DNA of 64,000 bases, from assembly GCA_032718475.1 (NCBI GenBank), contig JAUCBJ010007169.1:62001-126000 (forward strand), read 5' to 3'. Shown here piece by piece: positions 25,936 to 39,532 of the stretch. The notes under the pieces were generated by a model. That model had not been told where the DNA came from. It saw nothing but the letters and a program-made list of their open reading frames with translations, and did no database searches. The DNA is from Nemertoderma westbladi. Lineage: Eukaryota > Animalia > Xenacoelomorpha. The translations under genes were made by a program, and so were the position numbers. Within the stretch, counting starts at the first letter, position 1. The number at the start of each line of letters is the position of its first letter.

Positions 25936-26324
25936 TTCTTGTCAAGCCAGCATAGCATCTCAGAAGTGCAGCTCCAAGTGTCATTTGGGATAATTGTCCA
26001 GCGGGCAATTCTCAATGGGGGGCATTTGTCCGGAGGGCAAGCACCATTTTTATTGAAGTTTCAAATAAAAGATCACCCTAAACACACAAAAAGCAAATAA
26101 TTTCATAAAAGCTACTCTAGAGTTAAATAGAATTCGGATGCAGGAAGTAATATACATAACCGGGAGTCACAACTCCCTGTCGGTGCGGTCCTCCAAATCC
26201 AGACCCACAGGAACCTCAGAAACATGCTTACTTGGCGGGTCAGGACACTTTCACAAGACGCAACGAAACGAGGAAAGTCGGCCAAACCTCCCCATGCTTC
26301 GTCGACTTACTGATGTATCTTCGT

Positions 26325-26363
26325 AACGACTGACGAAGGTTAGTAGCCCGAATACGTCCCGTT
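26325..26363 (+). ncRNA. Degenerate minimal type I hammerhead-like motif
   Basis: aacga-CTGACGA-a-ggtt agt agcc-c-GAAt-ACGTC-ccgtt; imperfect core and stem I. Confidence 0.35.
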
Positions 26364-27199
26364 GTCTAGTCTAACTAATGTCGATCAACTCTGGGCTCTA
26401 TCGAATGACTTATGTCTCAGCAACAACCGAATCTCCATCAGGAGTGTGAGCGTGAGTTTCTTTCATAATCCATCAATTTATCAATCAAAATTATAGTTAT
26501 CAGCACTGAAATGAAAGCAATTAATTATATTATATAATATTGCAACTGCAACCAGGCAATAGATTAGCTATAACATAGTGTTGTTAAACTTTATCACCTT
26601 AATTGGTCTTGGTCACAACTATGGAGAATGATAGGTAATATAATTAGTTCGCGTGATTGATTCTCAATTACTCACTATTAGAATCCTATTAGCAAATTAT
26701 CAAATCAACTTAAAGTGTATATTTAAGTAAATTTTAAGAAAAACAAATTTACAGGGGCCCAGTGAAGTATGCCATACTTTCTGCTGTTATATTTCACTTT
26801 GCCGTTTACCCGCCCCATGTGAAGAATTCCAGGTTGTTACTAAATAAATACCTTGTTTACAGAATAAACAAATTAGTATATGTACATGTATATGTATATG
26901 TAGTATATGTTATAAGATAGGAATAAGAGCTTTAAAACACTTAATTTTTAAGGATTAATTTAAAAAATACAAATTATTAATATGTAAATTTTCTATCAAA
27001 TTCCGATTGAAAAGTGAAGACCTGGTATTCTTCAATTTTACATTTAACGATTTACATTATATTTTTATGCGGCTTGATTATTATTTTAAATATATATGTT
27101 TTATTGTTAAGAACATAATTACACAATTATAAATTATATAATATTAAATAGAAAATTTTCACAATTATATAGACTACTAGGACCGGCATGCTGCATTGC

Positions 27200-28160
27200 A
27201 GCTGCATTTTTATGAAAGCTGTACTGGCTTGTCGACAAAATTGTGCTGCCACAACTCCCTATCACCCATGAAATTTGCTAGATCATTCGCATCTTCAAGG
27301 CCAGTGTCCTTTAAGATGCGTCTCAAGAAAGTCAAGGGCTGTCCACCATGCTTATTCACTCCATGAGGCTGCTAAAGCACACGATTATGCACTGGCTGGT
27401 CCTCAAGGCGAAAGCAATGTCCTGCAAAGCGGAGGCGACTTTGTTCTAGTGTCAAGCTTAGGGGGATCAATGAGACACCTCCAATGTTATATAGTGTCTG
27501 GTTGGAGATGTGTGCGTGCATTGTACTTGACACAATGAACTCGGAGTAGCAATCTTGTGATTGTGCCGTCCAGAGATTTGGTGTCCTCAGCAGTTAGAGC
27601 CCAGCATGGACTCCCATAGAGGATTACTGGAACTACTGCAGCTCTAAATAATCGGACCTTAAGTTTCTGATTAATTCTCTGTGACTTCCAAGTCCTGGAA
27701 TGTATATTCAAGGCTGCCCATGCCTTTACCTTACGTATTCGTGGGTCCTCACCCTGACTTCCGGATCCATGAACCCAGATTACAGAAGTCATCCACATAC
27801 TCAAGCATACCATCCTTTGAGCTTATGCTCATCCGATCAGAGACTTGCTGAGGACTTTCAAACTTAACTGTCAAAATTTTGGTCTTTTTGGTGTTAATAA
27901 AGAGACCAACACTAGAAGCAGCCAAAATGGGCTCCATGGTCTCACGACCTTTACGGAACCCATTCTGATTTCCACGGAGCAGTCTCTCAATGGGATCCCT
28001 GATGCGATTTAATAGAATTCTATTGTATGGCTTTGCAGCAATCGAGATCAATGAGATTCCCCGAAAAGAACCATAGAGTGTTTGGTTGATCTTCTTGGGA
28101 ACTGCAACTTATTTCTTTTCATTTCTTGTGGGACTCTTGTTGTTCTGTACATGTCTACTA
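27200..28160 (-). mobile_element. Internally deleted RTE LINE (family B)
   Basis: ISIAAKPYNRILLNRIR...NQNGFRKGR; KVRLFRAAVVPVILYG; same 3' block as the other family B copies. Confidence 0.88.
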
Positions 28161-30180
28161 TGTATAAGCATAGCCTCGAATAGTACACAATGCTACTAAA
28201 TGTTCGACTACCCTACTATATTTATATTTATTTGTAATGTATATTTAATGTACATCTTACATAATATATATAGATGTTTCAATTTTATATTGCATTAGAG
28301 ATATAGCCAGTGCATTCCTTCACATGCGCATTTCATATATTATGCGTTAGACAGCTAGAATATTAACATGTGCGACCCAAATCAATGCAATGCCAAATTA
28401 GAAAAAACTGAAATTGTAGATTGCCACATTGCCGCAGACAGAATACTTACTTGACACGCCGCGCCAGAAATGCGATAACAATGAATCTGAGAACTAGGAA
28501 GACAAAAAGCTACTGACGCCTTGTCAGAAACACATGGTTTCATATTATTTATCTCCCATCAATTTTTAAATTTCACAATTAATTATTCATCGATTCGCCA
28601 CTCGCTGTTTATATTCTAATCTGGGTGGAGTCACTTCTCTATTATGAGTGCCAACACACACCAACACTATCCAACATCTGTGGCGGCATTAGGGCCCCCG
28701 ATTGGGGGGGGGGGGGGGGGGGGGGAGCACGCTGGGGCCCTTAGCGAGCCGTGGCTCCGATTATTTCTGATGCCCCAATTTTTTTATTTCGGTGAGGGGG
28801 GGCTCAGACCGCCGGCCCTGTCAACAATTAATCAATAAATATTATCCATATTATTTATTGGCTGTTGCTGGAAATATTTAATTTTCTATTTCAAAATAAT
28901 GATGATGGTGTTTGTTTATGTGTCAGATTCGTACCGGTAGCCCATTCAATTTATAAGTAAAGAATTTGGAATAGGTCATTTTTAGTTGTTGTGAAAATAA
29001 TAAAAATTGGCTAGAAGATGTGTCTATAGAATAATTTTTTTCTTTGGACATTTCTATAGTAACACGTTCACGTTATAACCCGTAGATTAGTACATATTTG
29101 CATTTTACTATTTTCTTTTGAATGCTAAACTACCGCTCTTACGAATTGGTGTGTGAATTTAACCCGACAAATCATAGTTCAATCTCGCCGAAGTCCTTGC
29201 ATATCCCAAACTACAGAGTATATCACATTCATCCAACAAATTTTGTTAGGGTTACGGTAACTTAGCAACATTTCTGGCTATTGGTCAGTTTCTTTGAAGG
29301 AAGCTTCTCCCCAGTTTAAACACTTTAAATACTGGGTTGATCATTGCTATTCCAATTCATCGCAGTCAAATTTTATAAGAAAGGAAATTAATAGATTATT
29401 TTCTAATCTTATTTTTAATCTTTTTTAATTTTACTAATTTGCTAGTTAGGCCTACTGTATTTGGAATAGGCAGTTTAATCATATAAGTCAAAAAAATTAT
29501 TCAAAAAATATTTAAGTAATTTTTAAAAAATCCCTTTTCTCATTTCTTAGAATTCCTATCACGCAATTTATCATTAACGCTTTTATGTTAGTGAGACTAT
29601 ATGAAATTTATAATTTTTTTTGAAAATAATTTTCGTCGTTGACGCTTTCTAGCGAGCAGCGCCAAAATCTATATATTTAACTAAAAATCAAACTTCCTCA
29701 CTGCTTTATTTTCAGAACATGTGACCAGTTTTTTGGAATCATCACGCTCGATTACGTGAAAAAAATTAATCTAGCGAGTTAATTTTAGTGATTATTATTA
29801 TATTTCTGCCAATAAGAAAATCAAATTGGTAACATTTTCGCTGCAGGGTTTTTCTTTTAATGATTTAAATTCCGATGAAAGTGTTAATCATTGACATAGT
29901 GACTGTATATAATTTGTTTGTTTGTTGCCGGTCTGTGTCAAAATATAAGAGAAAATAAAACATTTTTGATATGGTGGTTTTCCTCGTCCATTGCAGTTGT
30001 CAATTGTGCAGTTGTCATTGCAGCTTTCACGATTTTCTGCATCCAAACAGCCTAATTGAGTTCCGATTGTCGGATAAATTTTAAAAATGGAAATCACCGA
30101 TAAGGTAAATCATCATAACAATTATAACTGGATGTTGATCTTTCAAATAGGAATATTTCAACCAATAAGCCAGCAGTTTA

Positions 30181-30213
<33 letters not shown>

Positions 30214-31829
30214 ATAAGTAAGGCGACAGTTGAAAAACTGCATATGATATAGGGTTGTTTAAATACAAGTCAAATATTTTTGTTTGTACATCGCAAAATT
30301 TTTAATAGAAATAGATTCATTAAGATCCCAGAATAAAAAGTTACCAACTAATTATTTTAATTTAAATTTATCCGCCCAGCCTCCATATATTGGATTCTAA
30401 ATAATATAATAGCCTAGCTGACTATCCCTTCTCTGTGTCCTGTGTGGCTTCCATAGACCATAGCGTCTACTGCTACCGGGACCGGGATCAAACGGTCTGC
30501 CTTCTTGCAGTTCACCAGTGTAGTTAAAATATAATTTAGCAACGGACAACATTAAAGCATTTTCGCGTCTTAAGTTCATTTTCATTGTAAATAGTCTGGA
30601 TATTTAGTTAGATTACTTATCCACTGAAAAATTCAGCTGTTGAATGTAACATCCATGGTAAAAAATAAATAATATAACCTCGCTGTCAATCAGTAAAATA
30701 AACTGTCAATCACGTTATGTGCATAATTATGCAATACAATCAGTTTGTGTTCGCCACTGATTGTATGCTTCTGTCGTAGTTTGAATATTTTATATAGTGA
30801 TGTGTGGATAAATAATTGCCCTGAATACGCTAATGTGCTGTGCAATGTTGCCAATCAAGGAATTAAATGTCATGAAACTAAGAATATATAATGTGATTGT
30901 GATAAAGTTTAAGTAATTGACAGAATAATGTTATTCGACCGTTCAGGGAAAATATTTAAGTAATTTATTTTTACTCATTGAATAACTTAGGTAGGGTTGT
31001 TGGTGGGCACGAAACTCGTTCGGCTAGATTGAATTGAACAAAAACAACAAGCTGCCCTACATCATGTACTGATATGCGTTTTTTGTTACAATACTGCGAA
31101 ATTTAAAAAAAAGGCATAATTGAACAAACGCGGGAATGAATTTTAAAATCTGCGGCATCTGTCTCTTTAATAATTCAAGTCACTATGAAATGCAAGCTCG
31201 AATATTAACTTTAACTGATACGTACAAAGAACACGATTTTCGATGCAATCAAAAATATATAATATTAAATTTTAATAATTTCTAATCTCGAAGCAGCATT
31301 AAAGAGAACAACAAAAAATAATTAATAATAAAAAAATTGTTCCCTATATATTTTCGCGGACAATTGTAGAAGGTTTCGTTATATTATAATATGATATGAT
31401 AACTCTATCAATAGGGAAAAATATCAACCAATCACATAGAGGGCCGATCAAGGTACCAAGGTATCACACATTAGTCCAGGGGATGAAGATGCAATGTAGT
31501 CACAGCACACGCGGCTGTACAGACACCGAACCTATGCACCGGGTTCGAGCCCCAATACGGTCTGTTGATATTTTTGGCTGTGGTGAGATTTATCATACTA
31601 TAAAATTATATTTCATACACCGTCACTCAAACCAAAAACAATTTATTTATTTATTACTAATATCGTATAAGGGCTGACGTAAGTAGCGCAAATACTTCTT
31701 ATTTAGATTTTATCCTTTTTTTCCCCTTTAGCTTCAAATTCCTGTCAATCATTTACTTCATTAGAATTGATATTTCTAGCAACCAACTTTTCAAAATAAA
31801 AAATTTACTTTATAAGAACTAACGGAGAA

Positions 31830-32194
31830 ATGTCAGCTATGAACATCAGCATTTTGAACTCTACAGACGAAAGATTCGGCATTCACCTAGACAAAGAAGA
31901 CATTCCACTTGTTATAATTTATGGAATCATCTTCTTAACGGGTTTATTTGGTAACGCCCTAGTCATCGTTATAATAGTGAAAGAAAAAATGCTCAACAAT
32001 ACAACCAACGTCTACATTCTCAATCTGAGTATAAGCGACTTGCTGGTATGTGGGTTGTGCACACCAGTAAGCGCGTGGTTATTTTTCATTCCAGCTTGGC
32101 CCTTCGGTGTTGTCGTCTGCAAGTTAATATTCTACCTTCAGTACGCTACGGTTTATGTCAACATATACACCCTAGTACTCATGTCTATTGATAG
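31830..32194 (+). CDS. Allatostatin-A/galanin receptor-like class A GPCR, coding exon 1 (N-terminus to TM3)
   Basis: N-glycosylation sequons NIS and NST; TM1 GLFGNALV, TM2 NLSISDLL, WPFG...CK, TM3 YTLVLMSIDR; donor AG|gttagt at 32195. Confidence 0.92.
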
Positions 32195-32863
32195 GTTAGT
32201 ATAATATTTTTTTTTTATTTATTAACGAAATTCTCATGAAATTATATTTATATTTTGCCAATAATTATATTACAAATTATTTAGACCAGTGCGTCGCCCA
32301 AGGGTTCTACGGTGCAGCCGCAGTTTGTAAATATGGCATTGGGCTGTAGGACAAATTGTAATAGTTAACCACGCTTTACATAAATCTCTGCTCCGATTCA
32401 ATTTATGTTTGATCGTCCAGCGAGCCAGGGCGGACAAATCTACTAAATGTATCTTTGATACATTATAGATTAAAAATATTTTGTACGATGCAATATGTTT
32501 AATTAACATTAAGATTGGTATTATTGTTGTCAAGGAAGCGGATAACCTTACGATTTGCTCTACTTCGTTCTGGTATTTAAATTACAGACTTCCTAAAAGA
32601 TGTGGGTCTGGGTATCCACCACTATTTAATCCCCATAGAGATTTCGCTTAGGAGACGCAATTGCAACCAAATCGTCACGATATGCTAAACTAAGTCCAGA
32701 GATTGACGCTCTATGCTCAGGCTCACTGCATGCGTTGGCGCAAAACACGGTAAAAGCATTATACAGAAATGTAGTAAATGTCACAATCATTGGCTATCCA
32801 AAATCCCAACAAAACACCCTCACCTCTTGAGCAATTTCATCAACCACACCTCCAACTCAAATA

Positions 32864-33053
32864 CACCATGACCCGTAATATAGTGTCATTTTTTGATGAC
32901 ACGGACCCCCCACCCCCCCCCCCCCCCAAATTTTTCTACAAATCTTTATCATATTGCTTGAAATTTGAAACACAACTAGTTCAACTCACCGTGGTTGTTA
33001 CCATGAAGCCGGCCGTGTCATCAGAAAATGACACTATATTACGGGTCATGGTG
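32864..33053. mobile_element. 190-bp TA-flanked MITE of the CACCATG family
   Basis: TA|caccatgacccgtaatatagtgtcatttt...aaaatgacactatattacgggtcatggtg|TA; TIRs of about 40 bp. Confidence 0.9.
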
Positions 33054-33255
33054 TATATAAGTTTCATAATTCAGAAATTCATGTTCGTCGATTACGCAGA
33101 AATTCATGATCGTCAATTATTGTATTTACACAGTAAGTGAAGCTGTCAAGGCAAAACTGTTTGTTTATTTCATGGTTTAATTTCCGCGACATACGAGTAC
33201 TACTAACCCAGCAGATCAACTGCACATAGAATGGCAAATACAGTCAGTCATTATA

Positions 33256-33811
33256 AACGTTATGCCCCGGAATAGTGGTGTCTAATCCAATGACATGATC
33301 CCCCCCCCCCCCCGAATGTTTCTACAAATCTTAATTAGATTGCATGAAATTTGAAACAGAGAGTGACACTTCCCGACCACAGACTGGGTGAGCCAGAATT
33401 TGTATTTTCGCATTCAATCTTTAGCGACAAGCGTTTAAAAAAAGTGTCTCCGGCGATATTACACAAGTTACACCTTAATATTATTCTACCATATTTCATA
33501 TATTTCCCAACCAAATTCAAATGTTTTTACATTCTTACATTTAACTCCTTACATGGCAAGCATGGTACCAATGGGTAGAAGAATAACTGCGGTGTAACTT
33601 GTGCAATATTGCCGGAGACACTTTTTTTAAACGCTTGTAGCTACTGATTGAAAGCAAAATAAAAATTCTGGCTCACCCAGTAAGGGGTGGGAAGTGAAAT
33701 TCTCTCTGTCTCAAATTTTGTGCAATCTCATTAAGGTTTGTAAACAAATTTGGAGGAGGGGGGGAGGGGGTCGTTTCATTGCATTACGACACTATATTCT
33801 GGAGCATGGTG
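33256..33811. mobile_element. Foldback MITE of the CACCATG family, about 550 bp
   Basis: Arms similar to 12241-12480 and 14440-14676; right end catggtg|TA; left end decayed. Confidence 0.82.
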
Positions 33812-34859
33812 TATGTAAGTATCTCATATAGGGGGCTGGGCTCCCTTGCATTATTGTTGAACAAATTAATACCCAATTTCCAATATAACTGAACAAACGG
33901 TTTGATAACTATTGTCTCACAGATCAAAGGAGGAAGTAATACTAATTAACACCGGAAATGATAAATTGAACAACAGGTGCACTGACGTCATGTTGAGGAT
34001 GTACGCTCCTGTCTCATTTAGGATATCTGACTGCCCAGGAATTCACACCACCTAATACATTTATTTATACTAATAACACTACTATGATTACTTCAAAGCT
34101 TAGCTAAGTCGGCCTTGACGTGCCCAATATTAGAATTTAACGGCTTCAGATAACATAATGAATTAAACATAATGGAAAAAAACTAAATTCTTACCATCCT
34201 ATGGTTCCATCGCATTTGCCATCCCAAGTCAAGCCCAGCCATCATGCATATGCTTGCTGTACAAATAAATTATATCATATAATTTGCTATGATACAATAC
34301 AATGTTAAGATATGTTATGCTATCCTATTAGATGCTACACTTTATGCTATGCTATGTATGCGTCCTGTTGTGACATGGCGTGTATTTTGTTCATGTATTT
34401 TGTCCATGTTACATATCAATCATAAATGTATAATAATTATATTCAATCGTACAGCAATTTATCCAACGGGTACTGGACAGGACATTCTCCGCGAATGGGG
34501 GTGTTTACTACATACACTTCTACTTAAAATGGAAAAAAACGTCACCATCTATCTGCAATAATTACGAATATTAGGCGGTTTTCTACAGCCTTATCTTTGC
34601 TTTACAGAACACATTAAAAGAAAAAATCTTATAAAACTGTTGAGTCTGTGAGAAATCTTAAATGTTTATGTAGATGTCGGACTAAAATTATTTGGGATTG
34701 TAATGGCAGAAATAGTTTTCTTACTCTTTCCAATCTCAGAGAACTGGACAACATGTAATCTACATATATAAAGAGAGGTTACTATGACTACACTTCCTAT
34801 GACACTACTTCGTAGAGCGTCGTGCAGCACGCGACCTTGAGCAAGTTCGAAACAAGTTC

Positions 34860-35120
34860 GCTTTGATCTGGAGTCAAAAGTTCGAGAGGTATTTGCTCGT
34901 AACTTTCAAAAATATTGGAAATTTTTCTCTAGTATGCCCATACAAAATTTGGTTGAAAATGGTAAAAATCTTCAAAAGTTATTTACGAATAAATTTTTCA
35001 TATCAGACGGACAGGACAGACAGACGGTAAGACAGACAGACACATGGATATGAAATTTTACCCTATTTACTATTTATAATTGTGCGCTAAGACTCGCCCT
35101 GACTGCGTAGCTCGCCCCAC
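34860..35120 (+). mobile_element. Helentron/DINE-like non-autonomous fragment
   Basis: (gaca)n microsatellite followed by a terminal ctcgccccac motif; related ends near 36480 and, inverted, at 53385-53520. Confidence 0.45.
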
Positions 35121-36623
35121 ATATCAGTGCTTCCTCTGCCTTGGTGATGCATCTCAAGAATATACACTTATTGATGACATACTTGTTAGTATGTCATACT
35201 GGTTAATTATCACCTGATGTTACTGACTGAGTAATATAACATTTCGAATAAACCGAAAACAAAACTTAATCTCAGGAATGGACTGGTTAGGTTATGGTTA
35301 ATGGAATAATATTTATTTTCATCGACCTACCCACGATAATTATGAAAAATTCTCAATTGACCTTGTCTCACACACAATGCATTATCGACACCAGTTGCAA
35401 TTGCAATCTTGCCATTATAATTCAACAGTAGTACAATTGTTAAAAGTAAACTAAATCTAATGTTAAGCAAAATAAAGTTTTGTTGCGCAATACTTCACGC
35501 GGATTTTACCTTTCATGGAATAAACCGCTTAGTGGATATTGCTCACCCCATGCACTTTTATGTGATTTTATAGTTACAACAGGGGCAAAATTTTATATTT
35601 ACAACAGTACACGTTCGTGGGGCCATCGCGCAGGACGAGGCTCAGTTATCAGATACAGATTAAAATTGAGCAATTCTATCCCAAAATCGGTACTTAAGAA
35701 ATTTAAGTAAATAATTAAGAAAATTTAACCACAATGTCAATAAGAATAAATCAAAGAAGAGAGGAAAAATCCCCCCCCCCCCCCCCCCCCCTTGCTTCAA
35801 CCGCCCTCTCAATCAACACCACCGCAACCCAAAGGAGCACAGAGGATTAATGAAAGGCAGATAAAGCAAGTTGGATTATTAGTCTGGTACCTTACACTAC
35901 TGTAGTGCCTATGTCCTATTAATGTAATTACCCATTGCCAAGTAGTGCTGAGGTGGTTGGATTGGTTCCCAGCGCCAGCAGATAGGCTAGGCAATAGCAA
36001 GCATGCCAAAGAATGAGGGAGCTGAAGTGCATTTTGATAACTTAATTACGTTTAGATCAATTAAAAACACATTTCTTAAAGCAAATCTCTTGAACTAATT
36101 AATAACTATAATGAGATGGATGGGGTATGGGGAATACAGTTATATAATTTTGAAGTATAATTATTTAAATCTTATACTAGAAAATAATGAATATCCTTTA
36201 AGAGGCAGGTTGAAATTGCTGTTTTTACCCTAATCAACTTAATTAACTAATTAACTGCTATTATCTTAGCTTCTCGAAGGCCACACGGAAATTCAATTTG
36301 GTAAATTTCTAAACTTTGGCCAGACAACATGTGTACCAAGTTTGGTTAAATTTCATTAACATTTGGCTGAGTTATTAACGTTTAAAATTGAACGCAATAG
36401 ATCAACAGAACAACAGACACAACGATTGAGTTAGTGGTACCTGTATGCTAAGCTCGCTTACTTTCGTCGCTCGCCCCACATGTAATAATACCTCCAGCTA
36501 GAAATTAAATCTTTGAAAGAAAAATACCTTTATAACTGCACTCTTCCTCATTAGTGTGATGGGAAAATGTAAGGTTTTATCTGGATAAATAGTTATTTGC
36601 ATAGTCTTATGTAAACTAGGGTA

Positions 36624-39532
36624 TAGTCAGGTAGACAGAGGGGTCCACCGTGACGTTGGGTCATCACGCATTTTTATTTGCTTAAACTTTAGTCGGACCT
36701 TAGAGTAATCAAAATCCGTCGGGTGCCACTTTGGCACCTTTGGGGAACTTTTTATAAAGCACTTAACCTAAGTTTCCATAGCAACCGGCACACAAGGTTT
36801 TATTTTGAGATATCTGCGACCTTGCACCTATTGCCACAGCTCTTGTTAATTATTCTGAATAAGATTTCTAGAAGATTAGTTCCCATAGCAACATTATTAA
36901 TCATAAATTTTGGCCTTTGGGGTGTTTATTAAGATATGCCAACTATTAAACTTTAGATTATTTATGTAACTATTTATAAAAGCAAGTAATTATCATCACT
37001 GGGGGGTTATTAATCAAATTTAGTTTTCATTTAATTAGATGAGTTAGTTTTCTCCTTTCAAATGCAAATTTTGACGTTTATCTATCCAACGATTGCTGAA
37101 AATAGGTACAGTAGATTCAATTTGCCATCATTCTTTACTGCGTAACTATCTGGGTATCTATCCCAAATATTCTCCATTACTGGTATTACAAAAGTTAATC
37201 AATCAGCTAGAAGAGTTGTATGTTTATTAAATTATTTATTTAAACGGAACATTGCTTTAAACATTGTATTTATTTTTACACTTTGAAGTGGTGCAGGTGC
37301 ATATTGTAGTACATGGTAGAGCGGCTATAGAGCAGCCGCATCGATTGGAAGAACAGGCACTTTCGGACTTGCAATTACAAGATATAGTTTTAAGGATCGA
37401 AATTGGGGCAATGGATGAGACGCCAGGATCCGGTATCAGTTTGTCATTGATCGCTATCCATCGGTCATTGATGGTTCCACCTTGGTGTAGTGGTTGCATT
37501 GAATTCACATCTCCTGTAGGTCGTGGGTTCGATCCTCACATGGGCCAGGGCAGCTTTCGTTTCGGCACGAATGCCTTAAAGGGACCAGCCAGGGCGCATC
37601 TCTGCTTTGCATCCTTAAGTGGTAGCTAAATGAGTACTAGAGTTTCCTCTGTGGAGTAAAGTTCTGGGGGGACCGCACTGGAAATAAGTGCGTAATCCCT
37701 GGCCTAGTGGCCGAAGAAAATTTACTTTTTACTTTACTTTTTATGTTTACTTTACTTTTTATCCAACCAAACTTGTTAACAGCCAACAGTGGAGGTGCAG
37801 GATCATCAGCAGCTCTCCACAAAAGAACTTGAAAACGAGCCCGTTTTACATGTTGTACAGCAGCACTCTGTGTGGGGGAAGGTTGAATACTTTAGGGTGT
37901 TGCTTCTTTGTAGTGAATAGCCTATGTCGAAGTTCATTCAGAGTATCCGATATGCCACCACCATAGAGGTGTATAATGAACGAGAGGCCTATTTGTAGCC
38001 ATTCTTCTTCTGTAACATTTGGATCACAGAAAATCTGCAGGGATTCGTGCAACCTACACAGCAATTTGATTGCGTTCTTTTTTCCCTTCCCATATGGATA
38101 TGATACTGTATCGCAACCAGATAAAGCGTGTAAAGAAAGGAGACCAGCACACTGATTTCCGAGTTGGATAGCAGTGGTGTTGATATTTATGATTTTCCCA
38201 TTAAATCTACGTATGGAGAGTTGAACAGTTGGTTGATAGAGCCAGAAGAAGAATACTGCTAGTAGGAAAATATCTGTATCATCTGTTGTTATTTGTATAT
38301 GTCTGATGTTGTCATTATCAGATAACTTTAACATGTAACTAATAATAGTAACATTAGCTTCTTCATGTTCGAATATATTATTAGAGTCCCCAACAAGGTT
38401 TAATGATTTATGTGTTGTATAATTACACATCAATTGAATAAGATTTTGTTTATTGTTCACAGACTTCATAATAGTGTCTCTGGAAGGTAGAATTGTTTCT
38501 AGTGATAGTTCATTGTTGATAACTGTTGGATTTATTACGCTTTTCCCTTTCTAAAGATTTAATGCTACCTGGAAAGTAACGATCAAATATTATATACGTT
38601 TCATGATGGTGTTCAGCTACTGTATCTGTATATTTGCTGCAGTAGGCATCACAAAAAGCGGCTACAGATAACTTGTTGGTCCAATTAATATGGTATAGCG
38701 AAGCATTTCCATCAACTAGTTCCAAATCAACAGGGGGGAGTGGGTTGGCCCCATTTACTGCCAGAGAAATCAAATCAGTTTTCTTTCCGGAACGTAATTC
38801 ACCATACTCATTGACTAGTGATGGAGGTTATGGGCATAGTTCATAGCTAAATAATTCTAACAAATCAATATCGCGTTTCTGTGAGACAATCAGAAGTCTT
38901 GCGTATAATCTCTCCATATCATAGGTCTTGCAACCATGTTTGCCACGTGTGGGTTTCAAATCCATAGTTAAAATATAAGTGCTATTATTATTATTAAAAC
39001 TGAGCGTGTTATTCTCTGGTAGAAACCATTTGGGAGAGTTGATTTGAATGCCCTTGCCGACTCCAACCCCAACTTTACGGCATTATCGACATTATCGAGG
39101 CTGTAGGCCATATATAAACAAAGCGGTTAACGAAACGGCAGTGATAACGAGCATAGGCGTAGGCCTACATACCGTTAAAAGATTTGCAAAATATGGGTAA
39201 TCAAAGCTTTCATATCATAGCTAAGTATACTGCAATTACAGTATATTCAGATCTAAACATATACAGATATACGTAGTTGTTTATCTCTGTTCTAGAACAC
39301 TTAATTTAATTACTCCAGTAACAAACGTTTATAATTTAATGTAATTTTTGGAATAGGTTGACTAATTTGCACTTGTATTTTATGCTGTAAAAAAAATTCC
39401 CCAAGGTATCCCAACTGGCACCCGGTGAATATTTACATTATTATTATCAGGGAAGACATTGAGAAAATAAAATTGCGTGATGACCCAAGTTCACGGTCCT
39501 CCCTTGAGCTCTATTGAGCGTCTACTGGACTA
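36624..39532 (-). mobile_element. TIR DNA transposon with decayed XPG/PIN-like plus CXC (tesmin-like) ORF
   Basis: TIRs tagtc(ag/ca)gtagac...accgtga..ttgggtcatcacgca; GTA on both flanks. ORF remnants VDGNA, IIFDRY, HEEAN, DDTDIF, LHALSGCDTVS..GKGK, LPP and CNCKS..CSSNRCGC....PCT.ICTC. Confidence 0.8.
37461..37759 (+). mobile_element. Full-length tRNA-derived SINE with Deu/Nin-like central domain
   Basis: A box tggtgtagtgg, B box ggttcgatcc, central ctctgctttgcatccttaagtggtagctaaatgagtac, (tttac)n tail; TSD tatcca at 37455-37460 and 37760-37765. Confidence 0.85.

Noticed and set aside
30183-30213. Long poly-C/poly-G runs here and near 7143, 15615, 28703 and 35771 as functional G-quadruplex elements
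   Set aside because: Several sit at TE subterminal positions and homopolymer lengths are unreliable; there is no independent support.
37545-37590. Antisense ggca-ttcg-tgcc-GAAAC hairpin inside the SINE
   Set aside because: No CUGANGA box upstream, so it is not callable as a ribozyme.
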